Part shown: positions 20,227 through 29,122 of the stretch, in pieces
How the letters are laid out: each line of letters opens with the position of its first letter
Position numbering within the stretch: the first letter of the stretch is position 1
Source: an uncultured Candidatus Rokubacteria bacterium
Lineage (GTDB): Bacteria > Methylomirabilota > Methylomirabilia > Rokubacteriales > DASRDR01
Reading direction: 5' to 3'
Assembly (NCBI GenBank): GCA_963826115.1
Contig: CAWGVS010000005.1
Span: forward strand, 1,920,001 to 1,984,000
Length of the DNA stretch: 64,000 bases
Translations under genes and position numbers: made by a program
Notes under the pieces: model-generated
What the model saw: the letters and a program-made list of their open reading frames with translations, nothing else
Told to the model about the DNA's origin: nothing
Databases searched by the model: none

Positions 20227-20631
20227 CTACGCCTCGGCCCGCCGGAGCGACCGGAAGTACGACACGATCTCGGGCAAGGGCGTCCCCATGGGGAAGACGG
20301 CGCGCACTCCCATGGCCCGCAGCGTCTCGGCGTCGCGCGCCGGGATCGTGCCCCCGACCACCACGGTGACGTCGGCCGCGTCCGCCGCCTGGAGCCCGTG
20401 GAGCAGGCGACGCGACAAGGTCAGGTGCGCGCCGGACAGCACCGACAACCCGATGACGTCCACGTCTTCCTGGACCGCCTCGGCGACCAGCTCGTCGGGG
20501 GTGCGCTTCAGGCCCGAGTACACCACCTCGATGCCCGCGTCGCGGAGGGCGTGCGCCACGACCTTGGCGCCGCGGTCGTGGCCGTCGAGCCCCGGCTTCG
20601 CGATCAGCACCCTGAGCGGACGGTCCGTCAC
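20227..20631 (-). CDS. Cobalamin-binding small subunit of acyl-CoA mutase
   Basis: [13 protein letters not shown] (DxHxxG), [15 protein letters not shown]. Confidence 0.93.
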   Translation of the reverse strand: MTDRPLRVLIAKPGLDGHDRGAKVVAHALRDAGIEVVYSGLKRTPDELVAEAVQEDVDVIGLSVLSGAHLTLSRRLLHGLQAADAADVTVVVGGTIPARDAETLRAMGVRAVFPMGTPLPEIVSYFRSLRRAEA

Positions 20632-21101
20632 GAGGAGCCCTTCGCCGGCGTGAAGGCGAGCAGGTGTCGTGGCTGCCCCTGGGGGTCGTCCGCGACCCGC
20701 ACCGGGGTGAAGCGGACGTCGGCACCCACCGCGAGCGTCGCGGGGTCTCCCACGCCCAGGAGGGGCGTGAACACACGCAGCCCCGCGACGTCCACGATCG
20801 CGAAGACGCGGGGCCGCGGGAAGCCGGCGGGCACGCCGGTCTCTTGGATGCTGAACCCGCGGATCCGGCCGACGTGCGGGAGGTCCACCCAGTCGAAGGC
20901 ATCGGACGTGCACGCCGGGCAGAAGCCGCGCGGCGGCCAGTCGACCCGGCCGCAGCCCCGGCACCGGGTGGTCGTGAGACGTCCCTCCGCCAGGTGCGCG
21001 TAGAACGGGTGGAGCTTGTTGTGCTCCGGCGACTCGAGCGGCAGCGGGTCCACCACCCGGGCGTATGGACGCTGGGGTGACGCGGCAGCGGGCTCCGTCA
21101 T
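20628..21101 (-). CDS. DUF35 Zn-ribbon/OB-fold protein
   Basis: CRGC..PPR.FCPAC zinc ribbon followed by OB fold; overlaps the start of the B12 subunit. Confidence 0.87.
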   Translation of the reverse strand: MTEPAAASPQRPYARVVDPLPLESPEHNKLHPFYAHLAEGRLTTTRCRGCGRVDWPPRGFCPACTSDAFDWVDLPHVGRIRGFSIQETGVPAGFPRPRVFAIVDVAGLRVFTPLLGVGDPATLAVGADVRFTPVRVADDPQGQPRHLLAFTPAKGSS

Positions 21102-21160
21102 GGGATTCGGCTCTCCACGCGGCAGTCTATCACCGCCACGCGGGCCCGCGGCCGCACCGA

Positions 21161-21691
21161 TCAGCGCGTGAGGACGGCGCGGACGAAGGCCTCCTGGACG
21201 GGCTCCTGCATCGCGCTGGCCCGGTAGATCCGCCGTAGCTCCGTGACCGGATCGGCCGCGAGCCCGTGGTCCTTCAGGATGGACGCGAGCACCACGGCGG
21301 TCCGGCCGAGCCCGGCGTTACAGTGGACCAGGACGCCGCCGCCGGCTGCGAGCCGCGCGCCCGCGTCCCGGAGCACCTGGCGGAAGCCCGGCGCCTCGCG
21401 CGGCACGCCGAAGTCGGCGATCGGGTATCGGCGGAGCTCGATGCCGTCCCGGGCGAGCGCCTCGAAGAGGCCCGGCGCGCGCCGGGGCACCTCCCAGTCC
21501 TCGATGAGGCTCAGCACCAGGCCGACGCCCGAGGCCCGCCAGGCGCGGACGCCCGCCACGACCGCATCGGCCTTGGGCGGCTCGTCCGGGTAGCTGGGCC
21601 GCCCGGCGCCCCACAGACGCCCACCGGCCGGGAGGATGGGGTGGAGCAGCTGGAGCGGTTGCCCCACCGGAGGCGTGACGACGGTGTTCAC
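21161..21691 (-). CDS. Protein tyrosine/dual-specificity phosphatase-like protein
   Basis: CX5R motif VLVHCNAGLGRT, PIADFGVP acid loop. Confidence 0.85.
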   Translation of the reverse strand: MNTVVTPPVGQPLQLLHPILPAGGRLWGAGRPSYPDEPPKADAVVAGVRAWRASGVGLVLSLIEDWEVPRRAPGLFEALARDGIELRRYPIADFGVPREAPGFRQVLRDAGARLAAGGGVLVHCNAGLGRTAVVLASILKDHGLAADPVTELRRIYRASAMQEPVQEAFVRAVLTR

Positions 21692-21810
21692 CAGGCGGGA
21701 GTATAACAGCCGGGTCCCCCCGCCCCCGCCCCGGTCCGGGGGGCCCGGAACGCCGCGGCATCGTCGGAGGCGCGCGAACCGACCGTCATGCGTTACACTG
21801 TGGGCCGACC

Positions 21811-23259
21811 GTGACGACCAGCTCGAATCGAGACGGCAGGCAGAGGAAGACGCGAGGCAGCGCTTCCCGCTCGGCGGCAAGCAAGCGGGGCACCCGGAAG
21901 CCAGCGGAGCGACCTCGCCGGCCGGTCGTCGAGGAGCCCGCCCCCGAGCCCGTCGCGCCGGCGCCCCCCGAGATCATCGAGGAGTCCGAGCCGCTCCAGG
22001 TATCCGTCTCCCGGATCGAGAGCGCATTCGCCGCGCGCATGCCACCGCCCGAGCCCGAGCGGCCGCGGCCGCCCGGGCGCCGCGCGATCTTCCTGGACGT
22101 CGAGAACACGAGCCGCGCCCAGCACCTCGCGCACGTGATCGAGCACCTCGGGGTGGACCCCTGGGACCGTCGAACCGAGCTCGTGGCCGTCGCCAACTGG
22201 CGCGTGGTGGGACACGAGGCGGCGCGGTTACTCGCCGCAGGCGGCGCACACCTGGTCCACAGCGCGCCCTCGACGGGCGTGCGCGACTGGAGCGACCTGC
22301 GCATCGCGGTCGCCGCGGGCATCTGGCTGGCCTCGGCGCGGCCCGGGGACATCATCGAGATCGTCTCCGACGACCGCGCGTTCGACGCCGTCGGCGACGT
22401 CGCCGCCAGCCTGGGGATCGAGTTCCGGCGGCTGTCGTACCGTCGACTGCGGGAGCAGTCGCCGGAGACCCCCGAGGAGCCGGAGAGCCCGCCTCCGCCT
22501 CCGGCAAGCGCGTCGGGATCGCGCCGGCGGCGACGGCGCCGGGGTCGTGGCCCTGCCGGCCCGCCGCAGGCATCCGGAGGCGAGCGCCGTCCCGCCGACT
22601 CGCGCGACGGTGGCCGCCATGGGGGCCCGGCTCCTCCGCACGGCCGATCCGGCGGTGGCCGGCGGCGGCCGGGTGGCCCGCCGGCGGCTCGCCCGCAGCC
22701 CGAACCCTCCCACACCACGGCGCCCCACGACGAGCTGGTCTCGGTCGTGCGCGGGATGGTGGAGGCGTCGCCCCGGCGCGCTGTCAGCATCGACGCCGTG
22801 GCCAATGCGCTCAAGGCACGGGGATTCCAGCGGTCGCCGGGTTCGCCCCGGTTGGTCACGCGCCTCCGGCGGATCCGCGAGCTGCTCGTGAGCCCGTCCG
22901 GCGTGATCACCCTGGCGGAGGACGGCGCTCCGCCGCCAAGTCAGAGCCGGGTGGAGAGCGCGCCGACCGTCGAGACCGAGTCGCCGCGCCACGACGACGA
23001 GACACCGGCCGCCCCCGAGCCGGCCGACGAGATCGAGGACGACGACGGCCAGCCGGCCTACCTGAGCTATGCGGACGCGGAGGAGGAGCCGCCCGAGGTC
23101 GACGGTAACCGGGCCGAGCCTCGTTCCTCGCCCTCGCACGCAGCCGCCGCAGCCCGTCCGCAGCGGCCGCCGCCGGCGCCGCCGGCGCTGGCGTGGCGGA
23201 CCGCGCCAGCCCGCGACCGGGCAGTCCCCGGGCTGATCCCCGCCGCGCCGCGACGCTGA
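21811..23259 (+). CDS. NYN (LabA/DUF88, PIN-like) domain protein with LOTUS/OST-HTH-like domain and low-complexity linkers; true stop possibly 23236
   Basis: IFLDVEN, WSDLRI, IVSDDRAF acidic motifs; SIDAVANALKARGF helical domain. Confidence 0.75.
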   Translation: MTTSSNRDGRQRKTRGSASRSAASKRGTRKPAERPRRPVVEEPAPEPVAPAPPEIIEESEPLQVSVSRIESAFAARMPPPEPERPRPPGRRAIFLDVENTSRAQHLAHVIEHLGVDPWDRRTELVAVANWRVVGHEAARLLAAGGAHLVHSAPSTGVRDWSDLRIAVAAGIWLASARPGDIIEIVSDDRAFDAVGDVAASLGIEFRRLSYRRLREQSPETPEEPESPPPPPASASGSRRRRRRRGRGPAGPPQASGGERRPADSRDGGRHGGPAPPHGRSGGGRRRPGGPPAARPQPEPSHTTAPHDELVSVVRGMVEASPRRAVSIDAVANALKARGFQRSPGSPRLVTRLRRIRELLVSPSGVITLAEDGAPPPSQSRVESAPTVETESPRHDDETPAAPEPADEIEDDDGQPAYLSYADAEEEPPEVDGNRAEPRSSPSHAAAAARPQRPPPAPPALAWRTAPARDRAVPGLIPAAPRR

Positions 23260-23273
23260 CCGCGAGGCCCGGC

Positions 23274-24443
23274 TCAGGCCGGGTCGCGACCGTACAGCAT
23301 GACGACGTGCTCGCCCATCCCCGAGTTGTTGTGGGTGAGGGCAAGCCGCGCGCCCGGGACCTGGCGAGGGCCAGCCTCGTCGCGGAGCTGCCAGAAGGCC
23401 TCGCTCGCCTGGGCGATGCCGGTGGCGCCAAGAGGGTGGCCGCAGCCGATGAGTCCGCCGCGCGGGTTGACGACGACCTTTCCGCCGTAGTCCGACAGGC
23501 CCTTCTCGACGAACCGGCCGCCCTCGCCCTTCGGGCAGAACCCGAGCTCCTCGTACGCGATGATCTCGGCGATGGCGAAGCAGTCGTGCACCTCGGCCAG
23601 GTCCACGTCGTCGGGGCCGACGCCGGCCATGCGGTACGCCTGTTCCCCCGCCCGCCGGAGCGCCGGCCAGCTCGCGTAGTCCTCGGGCAGCGAGGAGAGC
23701 GTGAACCCGTCCAGCGCCTGGCCGGTCCCGCGGATCCACACCGGCCGGTCCGTGAGGTCGCGGGCCCGCTCCTCGCTGGCGACGATCACGGCGGCGGCCC
23801 CATCCGTGATGGGCGAGCACATGAACAGCCGGAAGGGCGTCGCGATCATGCGGGAACACAGCACCTGGTCGAGGGTCGCGCCCTTCCGGAAGTGCGCGTA
23901 GGGGTTCCGGGCCGCGTGGTTGTGGTTCTTCACGCTGACCAGCGCCATCTGCTCCTCGGTCGTGCCGTGTCGCGCCATGTGGGCCTGGGCCGCGAGGGCG
24001 AAGCACGGCGGCGCCGTGAGGCCGTGGGCCGCCTCCCACTCGCGGTCGACGCCCGTGCCCATGTTGAGGATGGCCTCGTCCGGCGTCGGGACGTTCAGCT
24101 TCTCGACACCGAGCACCATGACCAGGTCGGCGAGTCCGGCGGCGATGAAGGCGTACGCGTACCGGAGCCCGACCGTCCCCGACGCGCACATGTGCTCGGT
24201 GCGGGCCGACAGCCGGCTCGGCTTGATGCCGAGCGCCTCGGCGGCGAGAGAGGCGACGTGGCTCTGGAAGGCCGTGCGCTCGGGCATGACCGAGCCCACC
24301 ACGATCCCCTCGAGATCGGCCGGGCGCACGCCAGGAATGGAGTCGAAGCAGGCCTTCCCGGCTTCCCAGATCAGGTCCCGGTACGTCGCCTTGCGCACCC
24401 CGAACGGTGTCATGCCGGCTCCGACCAGGGCCACTCGTCGCAT
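23274..24443 (-). CDS. Thiolase, SCP2/archaeal type
   Basis: EHMCASG, CSPITDGAAA, AEVHDCF, GHPLGATG. Confidence 0.92.
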   Translation of the reverse strand: MRRVALVGAGMTPFGVRKATYRDLIWEAGKACFDSIPGVRPADLEGIVVGSVMPERTAFQSHVASLAAEALGIKPSRLSARTEHMCASGTVGLRYAYAFIAAGLADLVMVLGVEKLNVPTPDEAILNMGTGVDREWEAAHGLTAPPCFALAAQAHMARHGTTEEQMALVSVKNHNHAARNPYAHFRKGATLDQVLCSRMIATPFRLFMCSPITDGAAAVIVASEERARDLTDRPVWIRGTGQALDGFTLSSLPEDYASWPALRRAGEQAYRMAGVGPDDVDLAEVHDCFAIAEIIAYEELGFCPKGEGGRFVEKGLSDYGGKVVVNPRGGLIGCGHPLGATGIAQASEAFWQLRDEAGPRQVPGARLALTHNNSGMGEHVVMLYGRDPA

Positions 24444-24620
24444 TGTCCGGGCTCCTCTCGGCCGCCGCTCCCGGCGATCGGCTCCACCTTACCCCAGGGC
24501 GCGGCCCGGTCGCGAGGCCCGGGCGTGGTGGCGTCTCACGATTCCGTGGTTTCCCGCGATCGGAGAGGGTTTTACCGCGACTGGAGCCCGCCGCGCCGTC
24601 CGTGTTACCATCCGCCGCCC

Positions 24621-25837
24621 ATGACGCCGAAACCCATCTCGCCCACTGCCGACGCGCTCCCGCTCCGGCGGACGCCGGCGGCGAAGCTTCGCTTCCGGGC
24701 GTGGAGCGCCTTGCAGCAGGACCAGTGGGCGCTGGCTCGGGTGGCCGCCGCCTTCATCCTCACCCGAGCGATCCTCTACGTGCGGGCGCTCTCGCCGTCC
24801 GCATGGCGCCGACGAGCTCCTGGACCCGCGCCGAGGCCGGCAAGAACCTGTCGCTCGTGCCGTGGATGGGCTGGGACGCCGGCTGGTACCTCTCGATCGC
24901 GCAGCGCGGCTACTCGTTCGACCCGCACGGCGCGTCGAACGTCGCCTTCTTCCCCCTGTTTCCCCTCCTGATCAAGGTCGTTGCCGCCATCACCGGGAGC
25001 GTCGCCACGGCCGGGCTCCTGATCGCCAACCTGGCGGCGCTGGGCGCGGTTCTCGTGCTCTGGCGCTGGGTTCGCGCGGAAGCAGGATCGGTTGCGGCGG
25101 AGCGGTCCGCGCTCTGGCTCCTCGTCTACCCGTTCTCCTTCTACCAGAACTCGATCTACGCCGAGTCGCTGTTCTTCCTGCTCGCGACGCTGGCGCTCGA
25201 GGCCAGTTCCCGCGGCCGGCGGCTGACCGCGGGGCTCTGGGGCGCCCTCGCCGCGACCACGCGCCCCATGGGAGTCCTCCTGACCCCCGCGCTGGCCTGG
25301 GGGCTCTGGTCGGACTGGCGCGCCGGTCGCCCGGTCGGGCCGCGCGACGTGGCGGCGGTCGCGCTGCCGGCCGCGGGCCTGGCGGCCTACATGGCCTATC
25401 TCTGGGTGGCGGTCGGCGACCCGCTCGCGTTCTGGACGGCCCACGTCGTCGGCTGGCACGTCCAGTTCCAGTGGGCCGTGGCCAAGTACTGGCGCGAGAC
25501 CTACTGGGTGCTCACGCGGCTGGTGCGAGTGCACACGTACTCGCACCTGCTCGACACGATGCGCATCGTGCTGCCCGTGGTGTTCGCCGCCCTCACCGTG
25601 CCGGTGTTCCGCCGGCTGGGCGCGGTGCCGGGGATCTACGCGGCGCTGTCCGTGGCGGTCGGCGTGTTCTTCGCCTTGGAGAGCGTGGGCCGGGAGTTCC
25701 TCGCGGTGGTTCCGGTCTTCGCCGTGATCGGGCTGATCGGGCCCCGCGGCATGCTCGGGGAAGCGCTCCGGTTTTTCTCCCTGGGCCTCCTCCTGCTCTT
25801 CGTCTTCGCCTTCGCGAGCGGTCGGTTCGTCGGCTGA
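24621..25837 (+). CDS. GT-C mannosyltransferase (PIG-V-like) membrane protein, frameshifted near 24782
   Basis: WDAGWYLSIA.RGY, AFFPLFP, YAESLF, RPMG; N-terminus MTPKP..ILYV is in a different frame, and one added G restores continuity. Confidence 0.8.
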
Positions 25838-25846
25838 GCGGTCGGC

Positions 25847-27076
25847 TCAGCGGAGGTCGGATCCGAGGCCGGCCAGGAACCACGCGGCGACGTGGTGGAG
25901 CTGGCAGAAGCTCCCCTCCCGGATTCGGTCGAGGATCACGTCGGGTCGGACGTACTCGACGGCGACCCCGGGCTCGGGCACGAACTCCGGAACGGGTCCC
26001 GAAGCCCCGACGCGGAAGATGTGCTCGGTGACCTCGAGACGCCCCACGTCGGGTCGGAGTCCGCCGACGTAGGTGACGCGCTCGGCGCGGAGACCGGTCT
26101 CCTCGAGGAGCTCGCGCCGGCACGCGGCTTCCGGCTCCTCGCCCCGATCGATCAGGCCCGAGGGCAGCTCCCACGTGTAGCGCTCGACGGCCGGGCGGAA
26201 CTGCCGGACGAGCGCGACCCGCCCGTCCGGCGTCCAGGCGACGGCCACCACCCAGTCGAACGGCCCGAACGCATGGTACGTGTCCGGAGGGCGGCCTGCT
26301 GCGAACTCGACGTCCTTCTCGATCAACGTGGTCCACGGGGAAAGCTCGTGCTCGCGCCGCGCCAGGATGCGGGCTCGCTCGCCCCACCAGCTCTCGAGGA
26401 ACCGAGCGGTCGGCTCCCTGCCGCGGGTCCGGGCGAGCTCCGATGCCGCGTGACCGTCGGCGGTCCGCGCCGAGGGGTCGGCGCCCCGGAGGAGGAGCCG
26501 CGTCACCAGGGGCAGCTCGCCCCGGCCCGCGGCGAGGTGGAGCGGCGTGAAGCCGCTGGCATCCCGGGAGTCCACCTCCGCCCCCGCGACGAGGAGCCGC
26601 TCGGCCAGGTCGACGTCGGCGATGCCCGCGAGGGCCGCGTGGAGCGGCGTGTTGTCGAGCGCGTTCCGGGACCGGGCGCGCGGATCGGCGCCACCGGCGA
26701 GCAGCAGAGCAGCGGCCGGGCCGTGGCCGAAATGGGCGGCGAGGTGAAGCGGCGTCCACCCGTCCCGGGCGTGCGAGGCGACCAACTCCGGCGCGCGGGC
26801 GAGCAGAGCCGCGAGCCGGGTGACGTCACCAGCCGCCGCCGCCTCGAAGACGTCGAGAACGGCGCCGCGGGCCCGGAGCAGGCCGAGGACGGCCGGCTGG
26901 CGGTGGTAGCAGGCGAGGAGTGCCGGCGAGGTCCCGCCCTCGACGCCCCGCACGAGCCCGGGATGGCCGTCCAGGAGGGCGGCCGCGCGGGCGACGTCGC
27001 CAGCGCGGATCGCGTCCACGAGAGCCTCACTTGGAGATCCGGACGGGGGCGAACTGCCGGGCGACGGAGTCGTCAC
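25847..27076 (-). CDS. Ankyrin-repeat / NUDIX hydrolase fusion protein
   Basis: TPLHLAA, TPLHAAL, TPLHLAA repeats, then RQFRP..ELPSG and Nudix box GLIDRGEEPEAACRRELLEETGL. Confidence 0.85.
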   Translation of the reverse strand: MTTPSPGSSPPSGSPSEALVDAIRAGDVARAAALLDGHPGLVRGVEGGTSPALLACYHRQPAVLGLLRARGAVLDVFEAAAAGDVTRLAALLARAPELVASHARDGWTPLHLAAHFGHGPAAALLLAGGADPRARSRNALDNTPLHAALAGIADVDLAERLLVAGAEVDSRDASGFTPLHLAAGRGELPLVTRLLLRGADPSARTADGHAASELARTRGREPTARFLESWWGERARILARREHELSPWTTLIEKDVEFAAGRPPDTYHAFGPFDWVVAVAWTPDGRVALVRQFRPAVERYTWELPSGLIDRGEEPEAACRRELLEETGLRAERVTYVGGLRPDVGRLEVTEHIFRVGASGPVPEFVPEPGVAVEYVRPDVILDRIREGSFCQLHHVAAWFLAGLGSDLR

Positions 27077-27085
27077 CGCGGCCGC

Positions 27086-27829
27086 TCAGACGCCGACGGA
27101 CATGCCGCCGTCGACGAAGAGCACCTGGCCGGTGATGTACGCGGCGTCCTCCGAGGCGAGGAAGGCGTGGACCGCGGCGATCTCGTCGGGGCGGGCGATG
27201 CGTCCGGTCGGCACGCGCGCGACGATCTTCTCGCGGATCGCCTCCGGGACGCTCGCCAGCATGCGCGTCATGACCGGCCCGGGCGCGACACAGTTCACGG
27301 TGATCCCGTACTTGGCGTACTCGAGAGCGAGCGTTCGGGTGAGGCCGATGACTCCCGCCTTCGAGGCGGCGTAGTTGGCCTGGCCGATGTTGCCGAGCGA
27401 CCCGATCGAGGACGTGTTGATGACGCGCCCCCAGCCCCGCTCCCGCATCCGGGCGAGGGCGGCCTGGGCGCAGAGGAACGTGCCCTTCAGGTTGACGGAC
27501 AGGACCTGGTCCCACTGCTCCTCGGTCATCTTGTGGCTCATCGCGTCGCGGTTGATCCCCGCGTTGTTGACGAGGACGTCCAGTCGGCCGAACTCCCCGA
27601 CGACGTGGTTCATCATGGCCTCGACCTCGGCGCGCTTCGTCACGTCCGCCCCGACGGCCAGGGCGCGCACGCCATCCCTCTGGAGATCGGTGACCACCGA
27701 CCGCGCCATCTCGACGTCGACGTCGTTCGCGACGACGATGGCGCCCTCACGCGCGAAGCGCCGGGCCGTCGCCTCGCCGATCCCGCTCCCCGCGCCCGTG
27801 ACCAGCGCCACCTTCCCTTCGAGCCGCAT
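27086..27829 (-). CDS. fabG: SDR oxidoreductase, FabG/3-oxoacyl reductase-like
   Basis: TGAGSGIG, NNAGI, GQANYAASK, YITGQ..VDGG. Confidence 0.85.
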   Translation of the reverse strand: MRLEGKVALVTGAGSGIGEATARRFAREGAIVVANDVDVEMARSVVTDLQRDGVRALAVGADVTKRAEVEAMMNHVVGEFGRLDVLVNNAGINRDAMSHKMTEEQWDQVLSVNLKGTFLCAQAALARMRERGWGRVINTSSIGSLGNIGQANYAASKAGVIGLTRTLALEYAKYGITVNCVAPGPVMTRMLASVPEAIREKIVARVPTGRIARPDEIAAVHAFLASEDAAYITGQVLFVDGGMSVGV

Positions 27830-27849
27830 TCCCCCTCCGATGCCCTCGG

Positions 27850-28605
27850 TCAGTCGCCGGCGCGGGCGACCGCGACGAGCCGGGCCGCGTCGAGTCCGTA
27901 GGGGCTGCCGTCCAGCCCTCCATGAAGCGACACCGTCGCGAATCCGGCCTCGCGCAGCCGATCCCGGAGCTCCGACCCCGAGTACATCCTCAGGCGGAAC
28001 CGCGCCGCACGCACCCGATCGCCCTGAATCAGCAGCCACTCGTGTTCGATCGCCGTCCAGTCCTCCACGACCTGGCAGCGCTCGACCAGCACGGCCCCGC
28101 CGGCGAGCGTTCGCGATCGAGTCGGCTGGAAGATTCGCGCGAGATTCTCCTTGCCCATCAGGTCCATCACCAGGGCGCCGCCCGGTCGGAGGCTCTGGCG
28201 CACGTTGCGCAAGACCAGGAGGTCGTCCTCCGGCGCCGCGAAGAACCCGAATGACGTGAAGAGCGACAGCGCGAGGTCATAGGCAGCCGGCCGCCGGAAC
28301 TCACGCATGTCCGCCTGCACCCACTCGACGTCCACCGCGGCGAGACTCGCTCGCTCGCGCGCCCGGTCGAGGAGCTGAGCGGCACGGTCCACGCCGGTGA
28401 CCCGGAGCCCGCGCTGTGCGAGCGGAACGGCGTGCCGGCCCGGGCCGCAGCAGAGGTCGAGGGCCGCCTTCCCCGCGGGTGCCGCGATTCCCGCCAGCGC
28501 GAGCGCTTGCGCGGCCTCGTCCGCGCCCAGGCGGAGCCGCTCCTCGGCGAACAGGAACGGGTAGAAGTCGCTCCAGAGCGCTTCGTCCTCGAACCATTCG
28601 CCCAT
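27850..28605 (-). CDS. Class I SAM-dependent methyltransferase
   Basis: LDLCCGPGRH, VTGVD, ADMR, FTSFGFF, LRPGG. Confidence 0.88.
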   Translation of the reverse strand: MGEWFEDEALWSDFYPFLFAEERLRLGADEAAQALALAGIAAPAGKAALDLCCGPGRHAVPLAQRGLRVTGVDRAAQLLDRARERASLAAVDVEWVQADMREFRRPAAYDLALSLFTSFGFFAAPEDDLLVLRNVRQSLRPGGALVMDLMGKENLARIFQPTRSRTLAGGAVLVERCQVVEDWTAIEHEWLLIQGDRVRAARFRLRMYSGSELRDRLREAGFATVSLHGGLDGSPYGLDAARLVAVARAGD

Positions 28606-28663
28606 GGCGGTCCGTCGCGGCTGGCTCAGAAGGTCCCGGCCGGAATCGATCGGGCCACGGCGC

Positions 28664-29122
28664 TCAGCACCGCCGCGCCATGAGGGTGGTCCACTCCGCC
28701 TGGCACACCGTCTCCCCTCGCTGGTTCCGCACCGCCATGTCCATGACCAGCACGCCCCGGTCGGGCTTCGAGGATGCGCGCGTCTCCCGCACGGTCAAGA
28801 CCGTGTGGATCGTGTCGCCGAGCCGCACCGGCGCCGTCCACCGGATCTTGTCCATGCCGAGAAGTGCGAGCGTCGTCCCCTCGAAGATCCCCAGCTGGTT
28901 GGCCCCGCCGGTGGCCACCGCGAGGACGAGCATGCCGTGGGCGATCCGGCCCTTCATCGGGCTCTGCCGCGCCGATTCCTCGTCGGTGTGCAGCGGGTTG
29001 AAGTCCCCGGAGAGCCCGGCGAAGGAGTCGACGGCGCCCTCGGTGACGGTGCGGGCCGCGGTGGTAAAGGCCTCGCCCACCGTGAACTCCTCGAAGTGGC
29101 GGCCGCGCGGCGCGTAGGTCAT
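28664..29122 (-). CDS. MaoC family (R)-specific enoyl-CoA hydratase/dehydratase
   Basis: SGDFNPLHTD, RIAHG, PVRLGDTI; ATGA overlap with the ACAD stop. Confidence 0.9.
   Translation of the reverse strand: MTYAPRGRHFEEFTVGEAFTTAARTVTEGAVDSFAGLSGDFNPLHTDEESARQSPMKGRIAHGMLVLAVATGGANQLGIFEGTTLALLGMDKIRWTAPVRLGDTIHTVLTVRETRASSKPDRGVLVMDMAVRNQRGETVCQAEWTTLMARRC

Noticed and set aside
20628-24443. Ltp2-type retro-aldolase of steroid side-chain degradation
   Set aside because: The thiolase keeps its nucleophilic Cys (MCASG) and HDCF motif, and DUF35 is not fused to MaoC.
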